Notes: generated by a model not told the origin, from the sequence alone. Positions 9,085 through 20,348 are shown, numbered from the stretch's first letter. The stretch is 64,000 bases of DNA from Candidatus Borrarchaeum weybense (GCA_019057385.1 JAHQJS010000007.1:320001-384000); one strand, 5' to 3'. Translations and numbers: made by a program.

Positions 9085-10308
9085 TTATATTTCTAATGAC
9101 TTAAATCTTTCATTTTTGCCTTTCTTTTTGGCTGGAGGCGCTTTTCTCTCAAATATCCCTCCCTCAACATCATAGTCACCAATAGAAGACACAATTTCTT
9201 TTTTCGTAAGAAATTCTTCCAGTGTATATTCTTCATTGAATTTTTTTGAATACCAATCTGGGGGAAAATATTGATAATCGTTATTTCTTGACCGTCTAAA
9301 ATCCCCGTATCTAGGTTCTTTACGAAAGAACTTATTTTGTTCTGTTTGCAAGTTTTCTAATAATTTTGATAAGGATAGCTTTTTACCCGTTTTAAGATTT
9401 AATAGTATAGAAAATAAATGTGACTCCTCAGTTGTTTCACACCCATATTCTTCTTTAATATGTTTGCATTTACGATAAATATCATATTCCTCTTTAGATT
9501 CAATAGCTAAAGTTCTAGCTTCTTCAAATTCATCAGAATTTTGAAATCCGCTGTTTAAAGCTATTTTATATTGTATTGCATGGTTGAAACCTTTAGAAAT
9601 CGCATTCCTATACTCCTTGGCGTTTTTAAATCCTTTAGTTATTCCATTTTTAAATTCCTTAAAATCATTGTATCCAAGCTCTATTGCATAATAGTATATA
9701 TCTGATTCTGATTTAAACCCTGATTTTAATATCTTAAATTCATAGCTGCCAATAAACTCCTCCTCGATTTCATTCCATAAATCATAACGAATCTCGTATT
9801 CTACATAATTGAAGGCCTCTAATGCTTTATAGCATCCTCTAAAACCTATTTTTTTCGATTCTTCGTAATCAGATTTTGTTTTATAACCTAAATTTGTAGA
9901 CTCCTCGTATTCTTTAAAATCCGAGAAGCCACTGTTAATAGCATTATAGTATGCTTCGCCATACTTAAATCCCTTTGAACGTCCATTAATCATATCAGGA
10001 ATGGTATTAAAGCCCCAGCCAATCAACAGGTACATAATCTTTTCGTGAAAGAATAAAAACTCTGTAAAAACTTTTCTCAGGAAATATGTAGTTGTATATC
10101 CACTTCTATCTTCAATCCTGTATATTGTACCATCTTCCTTTCTAATGGCATATTCATGTTTATTAATATAGACTAAGGATGGCTTAAACTTGTTAATAAG
10201 TGCTAAATATGTTTCAAGTTCGCTGATCTTGACTATTGGGACATTAAAATAATCACCTATTTCAATGTATTCAATATTATCAAAATTAGTGTCCAATTCA
10301 ATCCCCAT
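9085..10308 (-). CDS. Hypothetical protein with ~14-aa tandem repeats (G[FY]x4[ED][YF]x2A)
   Basis: 407 aa ORF; units such as GFSDFKEYEESTNL, GFKNAKEYRNAISK, GFQNSDEFEEARTL. Confidence 0.7.
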   Translation of the reverse strand: MGIELDTNFDNIEYIEIGDYFNVPIVKISELETYLALINKFKPSLVYINKHEYAIRKEDGTIYRIEDRSGYTTTYFLRKVFTEFLFFHEKIMYLLIGWGFNTIPDMINGRSKGFKYGEAYYNAINSGFSDFKEYEESTNLGYKTKSDYEESKKIGFRGCYKALEAFNYVEYEIRYDLWNEIEEEFIGSYEFKILKSGFKSESDIYYYAIELGYNDFKEFKNGITKGFKNAKEYRNAISKGFNHAIQYKIALNSGFQNSDEFEEARTLAIESKEEYDIYRKCKHIKEEYGCETTEESHLFSILLNLKTGKKLSLSKLLENLQTEQNKFFRKEPRYGDFRRSRNNDYQYFPPDWYSKKFNEEYTLEEFLTKKEIVSSIGDYDVEGGIFERKAPPAKKKGKNERFKSLEI

Positions 10309-10568
10309 TTAAACCTACAAATGTCATTATAAATTATTTTCGATGTTCTTGAAATAATCTTGTGGTTCCAAATTCACTAAGGGTTCAATTAATACTCAAA
10401 GAGAGCAAAAAATCATCTTTTTATGAACTTACTAAGATTTAAAGAAAATGGATTACACTATTTCTCATCTTCTTCTCGATCAAGAAATGAGTAAGACCTT
10501 AAATAACTTGGTGACAATATTTTATCTGAGTGTTTTAGACCAAGCATCCTTTGCGAGAAGAGGATGTG

Positions 10569-11471
10569 ATGAACATGATGAATGAAAATGACAAGATGAA
10601 AAAAGCGTATTCTGCATCTTGGAAGCTAATGAAGGCAAAAATGCGTGTAGATAAACGTATTGAAGATGTTGAAGCATTAGAAAGCATAGAGAAATCAGAT
10701 GTAATCATAGTAAGAGGTCAATATGATTTTATTGAACAGGTCTTCGATAGTGTGGGTCTCCCATACACTTTGATTTCAATATCACAACTAGATCAGTTTA
10801 AACTTGATCCAAGGCAATCTCTACTAATAAACTGCCCTGGTATTATCGAAGGCAATCCCGAAAAGACTATTGATAATATCAAGAGCTTTGTGAGAAACGG
10901 AGGCTTTCTTTTAACCACAGATTGGAGTTTGCGAAATGTATTAGAACCTGTATTTCCAGGCTATGCCAGATATAATGACAGGCCAACAGGTGATGAGTGT
11001 GTGAGAGTCGAAATCTTAGATAAAGAAAACCCCTTTGTTCGAGGAGTAATGGATAATCCAGATTTAGATGATCCTGTATGGTGGCTAGAAGGCAGCTCAT
11101 ATCCGATTGAAATTATTAACAAGGAAAGAATCAAAGTACTAATTTATTCCGATGAATTAAAAGAGCGATATGGTGAAGGAAATGTCGCGATCTATTTCTC
11201 TTATGGCGAAGGAACTGTTTTTCATATGATCTCACATTATTATCTTCAAAGAGCAGAAACCAGAACAAAACGTCATGCTAAAGGCGCAGAAACGTTTGCA
11301 CAAGAAAAAGGAATTACTGATAAAGAAATTATTGATGAAATGAAGGATTTAAATGTAGCTGAAGCCGAAAGCGCATATTCTTCAGCTCAATTCTTTGCAA
11401 ATATCATGGCAGAACAAAAAAAACGATCTTTAGCTAAAGAAAAGAAGGAAAAAAAATCAAAAGACGACTAA
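10569..11471 (+). CDS. Conserved hypothetical protein, class I glutamine amidotransferase-like fold
   Basis: 'IKSFVRNGGFLLTTDWS' and 'YGEGTVFH' fit a GATase-like/ThuA-like fold; start could also be 10551. Confidence 0.55.
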   Translation: MNMMNENDKMKKAYSASWKLMKAKMRVDKRIEDVEALESIEKSDVIIVRGQYDFIEQVFDSVGLPYTLISISQLDQFKLDPRQSLLINCPGIIEGNPEKTIDNIKSFVRNGGFLLTTDWSLRNVLEPVFPGYARYNDRPTGDECVRVEILDKENPFVRGVMDNPDLDDPVWWLEGSSYPIEIINKERIKVLIYSDELKERYGEGNVAIYFSYGEGTVFHMISHYYLQRAETRTKRHAKGAETFAQEKGITDKEIIDEMKDLNVAEAESAYSSAQFFANIMAEQKKRSLAKEKKEKKSKDD

Positions 11472-11677
11472 TAGTGCTATACGACATATAGCACCCAAAC
11501 TGTTTCATTTTAAGACATTTTTTTCTGCAGTTTTCATTTTAATTGAGATGTAGGCAAAATACGTCCTAAAAACCGATTCTTTATTAAAAACTTCCTTAAT
11601 CAAAAACTTATTTTCATAACCTTTGCAAAGTCTATATGTACTAGAGCTTCGAGTTATTAAACTGGAGGATTCTTGAA

Positions 11678-13345
11678 ATGAAGATAGCTATGGCGCAGAT
11701 TAATACCACCGTAGGCGATTTAGATGGTAATACTGAAAAAATAAGAGAATATATGAACTATGCAAAAAAGAATAATGCTGACCTGATCGTATTTCCCGAG
11801 CTTGCAATCACTGGTTACCCTCCTCAAGACTTGCTTTTCGAAAATGCATTTGTCAAGAGAAACAAAGAATTGCTAGAAGAAATAATAATCAGCGAAGGAG
11901 ATATTGCAGGTATAATTGGTTTTATTGATTACAAGGGAAGAAATCTCTATAACGCTGCAGCAATTTTTATGGAAAATGAATTGATTGGTGTGGCTTACAA
12001 GACACTTTTACCCACATATGATGTATTTGATGAAGCTAGGTATTTCATACCTACAAGAGAAGAAGACATCAAACCAATATTAATGAAAATTAATGAAACG
12101 GAGTTTAATTTAGGCATAGAAATCTGCGAAGACCTGTGGGATGAAGATTATGACATAAAAGTTACAGATTGCTTAGCAGAAAAAATGGCAGATATAATCG
12201 TTAACATTTCAGCGTCACCATTCTATGCAGAAAAAAGGTTTGAACGAGAACACTTGTTGAAAAAGAAGTCTAAAAGAAATAAAGTCCCAATTTTTTATGT
12301 GAATTTAGTTGGTGGTCAAGACGAGCTTGTTTTCGATGGGCAAAGCCTAGCTGTAGATAGTTCTGGAAATCTAATAGCTATGGGCAAACAATTTGAAGAA
12401 GATCTTATAATTACTGATATTGACCTAGAGGCGGGTTCTGCTGAGAAAATTGAATCCTTTACATACAATAAAGAACAGGAAATGTATGATGCCTTAGCAT
12501 TGGGCATAAGGGATTATTTTAGAAAGACGGGATTCAAGAAAGCCTTAATTGGAATGAGCGGTGGAATCGACTCTTCATTAACAACATGCATAGCGGTAGA
12601 TGCTTTAGGTAAAGAAAATGTTATCGGGGTGTCTATGCCCTCTAAATATTCAAGTGATCACAGCAAAACCGATGCACAAAAGTTAGCTGAAAACTTGGGA
12701 ATCTGCTTCGTTCAAATTCCTATTCAGGGAATTGTTAACACTTACCAAAAAACTCTAGAAACACCCTTAGAGGAAATAAGGAAACGATTTGGCACAGAAA
12801 AAGAAAGAGACGACCCTGTTGCTGATGAAAATATACAGCCTAGAACACGAGGAAACTGCTTGATGGACATATCCAACCGATTAAAAGATCTGAAAATATT
12901 GGTTTTAAATACCGGGAATAAAACTGAAATTGCCCTTGGCTATTGTACCTTATATGGAGATATGACTGGCGGAATTGGAGTGATTGGCGATGTAAGTAAA
13001 TTAGAAGTCTATAAACTTGCACACTATGTGAATGAAAAGGTAGGCAGGAAGATCATACCACATGACGTGCTTGTGAAAAAACCTTCTGCTGAATTAAAGG
13101 AAAATCAATTTGATCCTTTTGATTTCGATATAGTCAGCCCCTTGGTTGATGAAATCATAGAAAATAGAAGAAGTAAGCGTGAATTGATTGAAAAGGGCTA
13201 TCCAAAAGAAGTTGTAGAAGATACTTACAGAAGGGTGAGACATGCTGAGTATAAAAGATGGCAGGCACCTCCATGTATAAAAATCACGCCTAAAGCGTTT
13301 GGTATTGGATGGAAAATGCCCATCGTTAATAGATACAGCGGATAA
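11678..13345 (+). CDS. nadE: Glutamine-dependent NAD+ synthetase
   Basis: Nitrilase domain (FPEL, K, EICEDLW) plus synthetase domain (GMSGGIDSS, TGNKTE, GYCTLYGD, PSAEL). Confidence 0.95.
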   Translation: MKIAMAQINTTVGDLDGNTEKIREYMNYAKKNNADLIVFPELAITGYPPQDLLFENAFVKRNKELLEEIIISEGDIAGIIGFIDYKGRNLYNAAAIFMENELIGVAYKTLLPTYDVFDEARYFIPTREEDIKPILMKINETEFNLGIEICEDLWDEDYDIKVTDCLAEKMADIIVNISASPFYAEKRFEREHLLKKKSKRNKVPIFYVNLVGGQDELVFDGQSLAVDSSGNLIAMGKQFEEDLIITDIDLEAGSAEKIESFTYNKEQEMYDALALGIRDYFRKTGFKKALIGMSGGIDSSLTTCIAVDALGKENVIGVSMPSKYSSDHSKTDAQKLAENLGICFVQIPIQGIVNTYQKTLETPLEEIRKRFGTEKERDDPVADENIQPRTRGNCLMDISNRLKDLKILVLNTGNKTEIALGYCTLYGDMTGGIGVIGDVSKLEVYKLAHYVNEKVGRKIIPHDVLVKKPSAELKENQFDPFDFDIVSPLVDEIIENRRSKRELIEKGYPKEVVEDTYRRVRHAEYKRWQAPPCIKITPKAFGIGWKMPIVNRYSG

Positions 13346-13420
13346 AAAGAAGAGGATGACTCCGAATCATTTATAGAATATTATGAAGCCCACATAAAAT
13401 GAAGAAAAGGGGATGATATA

Positions 13421-14260
13421 TTGTCACCTCCTGAAGAAGAAAATGATAAAGAAAATGGATTAGTAAAAAAATTGATAGAACTCGCAGAAGATGGAGAGTT
13501 ATCGCCAGAAAAAATAATTGAACTTGCAGAAAAAAGTAATGTTGCCGATCAATATTATGAAAGAGGTCGTACTTTCATAAGTATCGATCGTGATGAAGCA
13601 TTTGAGTACTTTCAAGCAGCTTATAAACTTTATAGCGAAATAGGAAATTCTTTGGGACAGGCAAACGCATTACATTGGATTGGAGTAACATATAGGGCTG
13701 AATCAGACTGGGACAAATCAATAGAGTATGAGCAAAGGGCTTTTGAAATTTATTCAAATTTAAATCATAAAGAGGGTATGGGCGAGACTATACATAATAT
13801 TGGTTATTGCTATTATTATCTCGAAAAGTATGATGAAGCGATAAAATCTTTTGAAAAATCAATTGAAATTCACAAAGAATTAGGCGTAATGGATAGACTT
13901 CGAGATAGTTTATTCAACTTAGCTTCGAATTACAAAAACCTAGGCACTTATTCTGCGTCAATAGAGCATTTTGAAAAGTGCCTTGAAATGGATTTTAAAG
14001 AGGGCAAACAAGATGATCAAGCTCGGGATTTGCTGGAACTTGCTGACAGTTATAAAGGCTTAAATGAATATACAAGTTCGCTAAAGTATTATCAACAATC
14101 TTATGAACTATATAAAGAGTTAGACTATGGTTTTCGTCAATCTGAGATAATTGATAAAATTAAGACAATACTATCAGAAATTGAAAAAGAAAAAGAACTG
14201 CCTAATGAATTACGTAAAGAAGTAACTAATGTTAAAACTTTGATTACAAAAAAAAAGTAA
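13421..14260 (+). CDS. Tetratricopeptide repeat protein
   Basis: Repeated ~40-aa TPR-like units (A.ALHWIG..Y, IHNIGYCY, LFNLASNY). Confidence 0.85.
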   Translation: MSPPEEENDKENGLVKKLIELAEDGELSPEKIIELAEKSNVADQYYERGRTFISIDRDEAFEYFQAAYKLYSEIGNSLGQANALHWIGVTYRAESDWDKSIEYEQRAFEIYSNLNHKEGMGETIHNIGYCYYYLEKYDEAIKSFEKSIEIHKELGVMDRLRDSLFNLASNYKNLGTYSASIEHFEKCLEMDFKEGKQDDQARDLLELADSYKGLNEYTSSLKYYQQSYELYKELDYGFRQSEIIDKIKTILSEIEKEKELPNELRKEVTNVKTLITKKK

Positions 14261-14266
14261 ATTTGA

Positions 14267-15859
14267 TCAGGAATTCAAAATTTTTTCGGCTTCAACTCGA
14301 TATGCATCCATAACGTAAGGAATTCCTGAGATTTTTGCGGCGTCTTCTGTCAGTGCCATAAGGTCATCACGCGAAATTGTTGATAGTTTGAAATTCCTAG
14401 ATCCTGCCATTAGTTGTTGAAGACCTACTTTAAACTTCTGACAGAATGTATAGATTCCAATTGCACCTAACGGTATTTTTTCGAAATCGCTTTCGTATTT
14501 TTCCTTCAATTCTTCGTATTTGACAAATATCTGTTCAACCGTATTGCCAAATTTAGAAACTGACTTAGGTAAGTTGCCTTCTTCTAACCATTTGCCAATG
14601 TTTTTACCTACCATACCGGGTATCATCAAGCCCCTTCCAATGCAAACAGCTTTTACATAAGGTGCACCCATTGCAAGGGCTTTAAAAACACCATCTTCAG
14701 TAGAAAATCCACCGGCAATGGCAATATCAGGAACTCTGATTCCATTTTCATTTAATTGTTCACAGAATTGATACGTAAGTGCTTGAATATAGAATGTAGG
14801 AATACCCCATTCATTCATCATTGGCCATGGGCTCATTCCAGTCCCACCAGAAGCACCATCTATTGTAAGGAGATCAAGTTTAGCTTCAGCGCCATAGCGA
14901 ATTGCCATTGCAAGTTCAACCATTGAATATGCTCCAGTCTTTAATGTAATTCTCTTAAACCCAATTTCACGAAGCCTATCTATTTCCTCAAGAAATGCTT
15001 CCTTGGTAACAAAACCTAACCGAGAGTGTCTCTCAAATTCCGTGATCGCCCCTTCTTTATAGGCCTTTTGGACAGAAGAAAGCATTGGATTAGGCGTCAC
15101 AATATAACCTCTCCTCTTCAGTTCAGTAGCCCTTTCAATTGAGTTAACCTTTATTTCTCCGCCAATGCATTTAGCGCCTTGTCCCCATTTAAGTTCAATA
15201 GTCTCTAAATTGTGTTTGCTGCCAACGTATTCCGCTACTCCGAGTCTCGTATCTTCAACATTCATCTGAACGAGGATTTCGCCGTAACCGTCATTATGAA
15301 ATAGTCTATATGTATCTATTCGGCGATCCATTTCGGGGCTTTTTTGTATTTTACCATTGCTGTCAAGTTCAAGGTTAGGATCAATTCCACAGACATTCTC
15401 CCCACACACAAGAGTAATATCTGATATAGCTGCCCCTATCGCAAAATGTTCCCAATTTACTTCTGCGATCTCAGTTGATCCTAAGGCACCTGTAAAAATT
15501 GGAACTGCCATTTTAACGTTCTCAGTCCAACCATATTCTGTCTCAGTATCTACAACTGGAAATAATGCAGTGTCAGGTCCAGCATCTATTCCTTCAGGCA
15601 TTCCTTTTGCCCCAATGGCATATCCCTGAATATTTAAATGTGAATAATCAACAGGATAGGTTTTATCAGCACCCGCTGTTACTTTTCCGAAATTTCCAGG
15701 ATAAAGGACTTCTCTTCCTCGAAATGAAGCTTGAAAGATTTCACAGTTGCCTCGACATCCATCAATACAGATGGAACATATTCCTGACACAGGAGCAACA
15801 CTTCTTGATCTGTTTATTGTTCCTGTTGCATCGTTGGCATTTGGTTGTCGCAAATTCAT
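14267..15859 (-). CDS. FMN-binding glutamate synthase family protein (stand-alone GltB domain)
   Basis: 'IELKWGQGAKCIGGE', 'TIDGASGGTGMSP', 'IAGG...KALAMGA'; N-terminal Cys cluster. Confidence 0.9.
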   Translation of the reverse strand: MNLRQPNANDATGTINRSRSVAPVSGICSICIDGCRGNCEIFQASFRGREVLYPGNFGKVTAGADKTYPVDYSHLNIQGYAIGAKGMPEGIDAGPDTALFPVVDTETEYGWTENVKMAVPIFTGALGSTEIAEVNWEHFAIGAAISDITLVCGENVCGIDPNLELDSNGKIQKSPEMDRRIDTYRLFHNDGYGEILVQMNVEDTRLGVAEYVGSKHNLETIELKWGQGAKCIGGEIKVNSIERATELKRRGYIVTPNPMLSSVQKAYKEGAITEFERHSRLGFVTKEAFLEEIDRLREIGFKRITLKTGAYSMVELAMAIRYGAEAKLDLLTIDGASGGTGMSPWPMMNEWGIPTFYIQALTYQFCEQLNENGIRVPDIAIAGGFSTEDGVFKALAMGAPYVKAVCIGRGLMIPGMVGKNIGKWLEEGNLPKSVSKFGNTVEQIFVKYEELKEKYESDFEKIPLGAIGIYTFCQKFKVGLQQLMAGSRNFKLSTISRDDLMALTEDAAKISGIPYVMDAYRVEAEKILNS

Positions 15860-16360
15860 ATTGTATACCTCCGCATAGTATTCATTTTGTGGAGGGCTTA
15901 TAGCAACCTTGGTACCATATCAATGTCTCTAATTGTTTTGACGGCACAGAAGTTGCCTCTAGGTTTTCCAATGATCAATGCATTATAGTTGTTCATAGGG
16001 AAACCGTATTGCCCAATATTTACAATCATCCATTTTTTGTCTTTTTTTTAACGTGAATCCTTGCCACTTAGGTACAATCTCCATAAAAACTTTTTGTTGA
16101 TCGTCAATTTCAAAATGAAAGAATACTTTATCTTGCGAATTAATTACGAAATAATATTGTACATTTGAAAAAAAGATGTAGAACCAACTATACGAATGAT
16201 AAGAATCTCTTCTACAAAATAGAAGATTGAACAATCAATAATTTGCGTTTTTTACATATGCAAAATCTCTACAAACTTGCACATCAATAGAATTATACTT
16301 CAGTAATCAGCAAAACCGTAAAAGTGCTTTAAAAAAGAATTTATCGAATGAAAGTAAGTT

Positions 16361-17023
16361 TCATAGTTCAATTACTTTGCCTACGCCACCCTCAATGTAC
16401 TTTTCAGGGTATAAAGATTTTATTTTCGATTTGTGACTGGTACAGTGAAGTGGGCAGATGAATTCCAAATCTTCGATAAGATCAAAATCATTGAAGCCAT
16501 GCAAACCTCCAATAAGCGCATACGGTTTTCCGAATCGCGAGGCTCCCTCCAAAATATTCTTAACTCCCGAATGAGCGCAGCCTACGATTATAACAAGCCC
16601 TTTTTCTGTTTTAACTACGAGAGATTGTTCTATGCCTCTTAGCGTTCCAGTGGAGAAAATGTTTTCGTGAATTTGAAGAGGTTCTTTTATCTTAATTACT
16701 TCTTTTGCATTTCGCAGTTCTTGGTAAGATGAGGGAAGATAAATTTTGATCGGATTCACTCTTAGAAAATCTAAAAGCCCACCAGTGTGATCTCCATGAG
16801 CATGAGAAATGAAAACTTCATCAATAGACCTGATATCGATATTCAGTTTTTCCATATTGTTAAGAAGTATGGTGCCTCTTCCACCTGTATCAAAAAGTAT
16901 CCTCTTATTATAAGCTTTTACAAGGCAAGAGAAACCCCATGCATTTTTAAGTCCCTCTTTCCATATATTATTGTCATAGACAATGGTGATTTCCGTTTCA
17001 TCACCCTCAATATTTAGATTCAA
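16361..17023 (-). CDS. MBL-fold metallohydrolase (COG1237-like; family includes the methanopterin-pathway dihydropterin-RFA-P synthase)
   Basis: 'ILFDTG', 'ISHAHGDHTGG', 'GCAHSG', 'IGGLH', 'PLHCT'; overlaps the purC stop. Confidence 0.8.
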   Translation of the reverse strand: MNLNIEGDETEITIVYDNNIWKEGLKNAWGFSCLVKAYNKRILFDTGGRGTILLNNMEKLNIDIRSIDEVFISHAHGDHTGGLLDFLRVNPIKIYLPSSYQELRNAKEVIKIKEPLQIHENIFSTGTLRGIEQSLVVKTEKGLVIIVGCAHSGVKNILEGASRFGKPYALIGGLHGFNDFDLIEDLEFICPLHCTSHKSKIKSLYPEKYIEGGVGKVIEL

Positions 17024-18053
17024 GCCATTTTTTATAACTATTCACTACTTCTTCAAGTTTAGGTGAATCAAGAATATTTGTGTCTAGAAATGCATTAGCT
17101 GTAGACATATACATTTGTGAGATTATTCCTTTTAGCTCTGGGTCAAGATTTCGTGGTTTAGAACTACACAGCTTTTTCCAGTCTCTAATTCTTTGTACTT
17201 TCGCAATCTCTTTAGCATTTTCTACGTCTTTATACCAGTCCGTCGTTTTATAGAACTGCCTTGCAATCTCTTTACTTACGTGTATTTCATTAAAAGTGAA
17301 TCTACACTCATCTAAAGTTCCAATAACATCCACAAGCATTAATTCCCTGTTAGGTCCATATCCAAGTTCAATCTTGCCATCTTCATTTGTTAAATTTGCT
17401 TTTTTCGCAGTTTCTGTGATAAGGTTGTTCACGTCAGAAATAACTTTCTTGATTTCATTTAACTCTAGATCTTTTAATTTAGCAATATCCTGCGCTTCTT
17501 TCCAGGTGATGTATCTGTCTCTTTCTTCCAATTTCGTGCTTACATCAAAAAGGGGAATTTCAAGTCTTTCTCCAGGTTGTGGAGAGTGATCTAAACCCAG
17601 GACTTCGTAAGTGATATCTCCTCGTTCGAGTCTCTTAAAAACGCTCGAGCCTTCTGGCAGACCATTTCTATAGATCACTTCAAGTGGGATCAAGAAATTT
17701 GTAAGATCTGACTCAAATACTGAATAATCGTAATAACCAGACTCAAATTTTGGATAAATGACTCTAACTAAATTGACTTCCATTATATTCGTTGGTTCTT
17801 CTAAATCATTTATTCTTACTGTTGTCCCATCTTTGCTTACTAAACCTCGATAATGGGTTTTAATGCCCATTTCTTCTGCTCTTTCAAAACAATAAGCACC
17901 CATTAAACATAGTGCTGCGCCTTTATTAGATATATGATCTGGCATTTCTCCCCAATCAAAAACAGAATATCGATCTGAAAAAATAAATTGTCCAACGCCC
18001 AGCTCATTTTCTTGTGCCATTTTTAAGGTTTTTAAATCTTTAACGCTGCCCAT
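17007..18053 (-). CDS. purC: SAICAR synthetase
   Basis: 'MGSVKDL', 'FSDRYSVFDWG', 'IPLEVIYRN', 'STKLE', 'DGKIE', 'GTLDECRF'. Confidence 0.95.
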   Translation of the reverse strand: MGSVKDLKTLKMAQENELGVGQFIFSDRYSVFDWGEMPDHISNKGAALCLMGAYCFERAEEMGIKTHYRGLVSKDGTTVRINDLEEPTNIMEVNLVRVIYPKFESGYYDYSVFESDLTNFLIPLEVIYRNGLPEGSSVFKRLERGDITYEVLGLDHSPQPGERLEIPLFDVSTKLEERDRYITWKEAQDIAKLKDLELNEIKKVISDVNNLITETAKKANLTNEDGKIELGYGPNRELMLVDVIGTLDECRFTFNEIHVSKEIARQFYKTTDWYKDVENAKEIAKVQRIRDWKKLCSSKPRNLDPELKGIISQMYMSTANAFLDTNILDSPKLEEVVNSYKKWLESKY

Positions 18054-18531
18054 AAGTCTTCACTTTATCATCTGCTTTATCAATCATTTCTTTTTGTTTA
18101 TTTTGACGTGCTTCAATTTTTTGTGCAAGTTCTTCATCTTCAATAGCTAATATCTTTGTTGCAAGTATTGCTGCTGCTTCTGGTTCTAATACTGTAGCAA
18201 GACCCGAGCCTGAAGGCATTCTTAAGGATGAAAAAATATCTGCACCAGCAAATTTTTCGGAATATGGAGGACAGGCGATTACAGGTCTGTAGGTATTCGC
18301 GTCAACAAAACCGGATAAAGCGTTTGATCTGCCAGCAACGGTGATGTAAACTAAGTCTATTGCTTTCTTATCTTCATTCATTATTTCAATTACTTTTTTT
18401 GGAGTTTTATGGGCGGATGCAATCCTATATTCAAATTTTATTCCGTATAATTCAAGTACTGCTCCAATTTTTTTACAAAACTCGAAATCTTTTTCAGAGC
18501 CCATAATTATTTTAACCAGTTTTTCGTTCAT
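18040..18531 (-). CDS. purE: AIR carboxylase / N5-CAIR mutase
   Basis: 'IIMGSEKD', 'SAHKTP', 'AGRSNALSG', 'PVIACP', 'SSLRMPSG'. Confidence 0.95.
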   Translation of the reverse strand: MNEKLVKIIMGSEKDFEFCKKIGAVLELYGIKFEYRIASAHKTPKKVIEIMNEDKKAIDLVYITVAGRSNALSGFVDANTYRPVIACPPYSEKFAGADIFSSLRMPSGSGLATVLEPEAAAILATKILAIEDEELAQKIEARQNKQKEMIDKADDKVKTYGQR

Positions 18532-18849
18532 CTTTCCACCGCGAAAATTTTGATTGCGTCTATAACTTTCACAATTGTTTCTATTTAAGTATTTACTAAT
18601 GCGTGTTTGACGTGATTCTGTTATGATATGAATAATTTCTTATCCAAAGATAAATGCTCCACGATTCTTCATCTCATTTTTGTCGCCGACATTTTTAATT
18701 TAAGACTTTATTACTTTGCCTCTGTTGTAAAAGATTTAAAGATTTCTTGTTTTAACATAAATATGTTAAATCATATTTATAAGACAGAAGCTATTAACTT
18801 AATCTTGTCAAAGGGGGAGATACGAGAATAGTTAACGGTGGATTCAGTG

Positions 18850-20325
18850 ATGGAATCAAAAAAAGAGGCATGTGGAGTTTGTGGTATTTACCTAAACGAC
18901 CCACAAGGTCAAGTATCTTTTCATATATACTGGTGTCTGTTAGCTCTACAGCATAGAGGACATGAATCCGCCGGCATGACTGTCTTTGACAATGGGCTTA
19001 AAACGTATAAGGATATCGGATTTGTTAAAGATATCTTTGACTCCAACACATCTAGTTTTGTTAAAGAAAAGCTCCGAAGACATGAACCCCATGGAAAAAT
19101 CTTAATCGAAGATATACAGGGGCATATTGGCATTGGGCACGTTAGATATGCCACACAGGGTCCCGATGTCTATGAGAACGTGCAACCGCTAGAAATCAAG
19201 TCGAATGGTTTCAAACTAGCGGTTGGCTTTAACGGTACGATTTCAAACTATTCTCACTTAAGAGGACAGTGCAGCAGTCTCTATCACCTAAAAACTACCT
19301 GCGACACCGAAATAATTGGTGAGTTTCTTTCTGAGGGACTCAAAAGAAATAATTTTGAAAAAATAAGTGAACTGGATGGCGCATATTCTGTAGTTGCACT
19401 AACAGATGATCAGAAAATAATATCGTTTAGGGATCCTTTAGGTCTTAGACCACTTAGTTATGGATTCGATGAGGACATGTTTGTTGTTGCTTCTGAAAGC
19501 TGTATATTGAATAAACTTATGGATAAAACTTATGTTTATGATGTCCAGCCTGGCGAAATGATTATTTATGACGGCAATAGGCTCAACAAACAACAATTAC
19601 CTTGTGAACACAAAGCTCATAAACATTGTATGTTTGAATGGGTATATTTCGCTCGACCAGATTCAAAAATTGAAGGAGTAATTGTCTTACAGGCTAGGAA
19701 GAATCTGGGTAAGATGCTAGCGAAAAGTTATGAGATGGATGCAGATATTGTAACACCTTTACCTGACGGAGGACGATTTGCCGCTAAAGGATTTTCAGAA
19801 GAATCAGGCATACCTTACGAAGAAGTGATCGTCAGAGATAGATTTTTCCCACAAAGAAGTTTTATTAAAAAAGGTCAAAAAAATCGAGAGCATATTGCTA
19901 AAGAAAAGATTTCGTTTGTTGATGACTTAATCGCTGGCAAAAAAATAATACTAGTTGACGATTCTATTGTAAGAGGCACTACAACTCAAAACATTGTAAA
20001 GAGGTTGCGAGAGAAAGGTGCACGAGAAGTACATCTTAGGATCTCTTGCCCACCGATAATTGCACCTTGCTTCTTTGGTATTGATTTTCCAACGTTTAGA
20101 GAATTATTTGTTAATAAACTCGGTATTACTCCAGATAATTACGATTTAGAAACAATAAATGAACGAGCACGAGAACACACAGGTGCAGATTCCCTTTATT
20201 ATAATTCAATTGAAAATTTAAAGCGAGCACTTGGCCTAAATGATATTTGTACGTCTTGTTTAGATGGAGTATACCCTTATGATTATTTGCCGTATCAATC
20301 TCTTGAACCATTTCTAAGGATATAA
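18850..20325 (+). CDS. purF: Amidophosphoribosyltransferase (propeptide/Fe-S type)
   Basis: 'EACGVCG', 'LQHRGHESAG', 'GHVRYAT', 'CMFEWVYFARPDS', 'VDDSIVRGTT', 'CTSC'. Confidence 0.95.
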   Translation: MESKKEACGVCGIYLNDPQGQVSFHIYWCLLALQHRGHESAGMTVFDNGLKTYKDIGFVKDIFDSNTSSFVKEKLRRHEPHGKILIEDIQGHIGIGHVRYATQGPDVYENVQPLEIKSNGFKLAVGFNGTISNYSHLRGQCSSLYHLKTTCDTEIIGEFLSEGLKRNNFEKISELDGAYSVVALTDDQKIISFRDPLGLRPLSYGFDEDMFVVASESCILNKLMDKTYVYDVQPGEMIIYDGNRLNKQQLPCEHKAHKHCMFEWVYFARPDSKIEGVIVLQARKNLGKMLAKSYEMDADIVTPLPDGGRFAAKGFSEESGIPYEEVIVRDRFFPQRSFIKKGQKNREHIAKEKISFVDDLIAGKKIILVDDSIVRGTTTQNIVKRLREKGAREVHLRISCPPIIAPCFFGIDFPTFRELFVNKLGITPDNYDLETINERAREHTGADSLYYNSIENLKRALGLNDICTSCLDGVYPYDYLPYQSLEPFLRI

Positions 20326-20348
20326 GTGCAATCTGGTGACAAAGAGGT

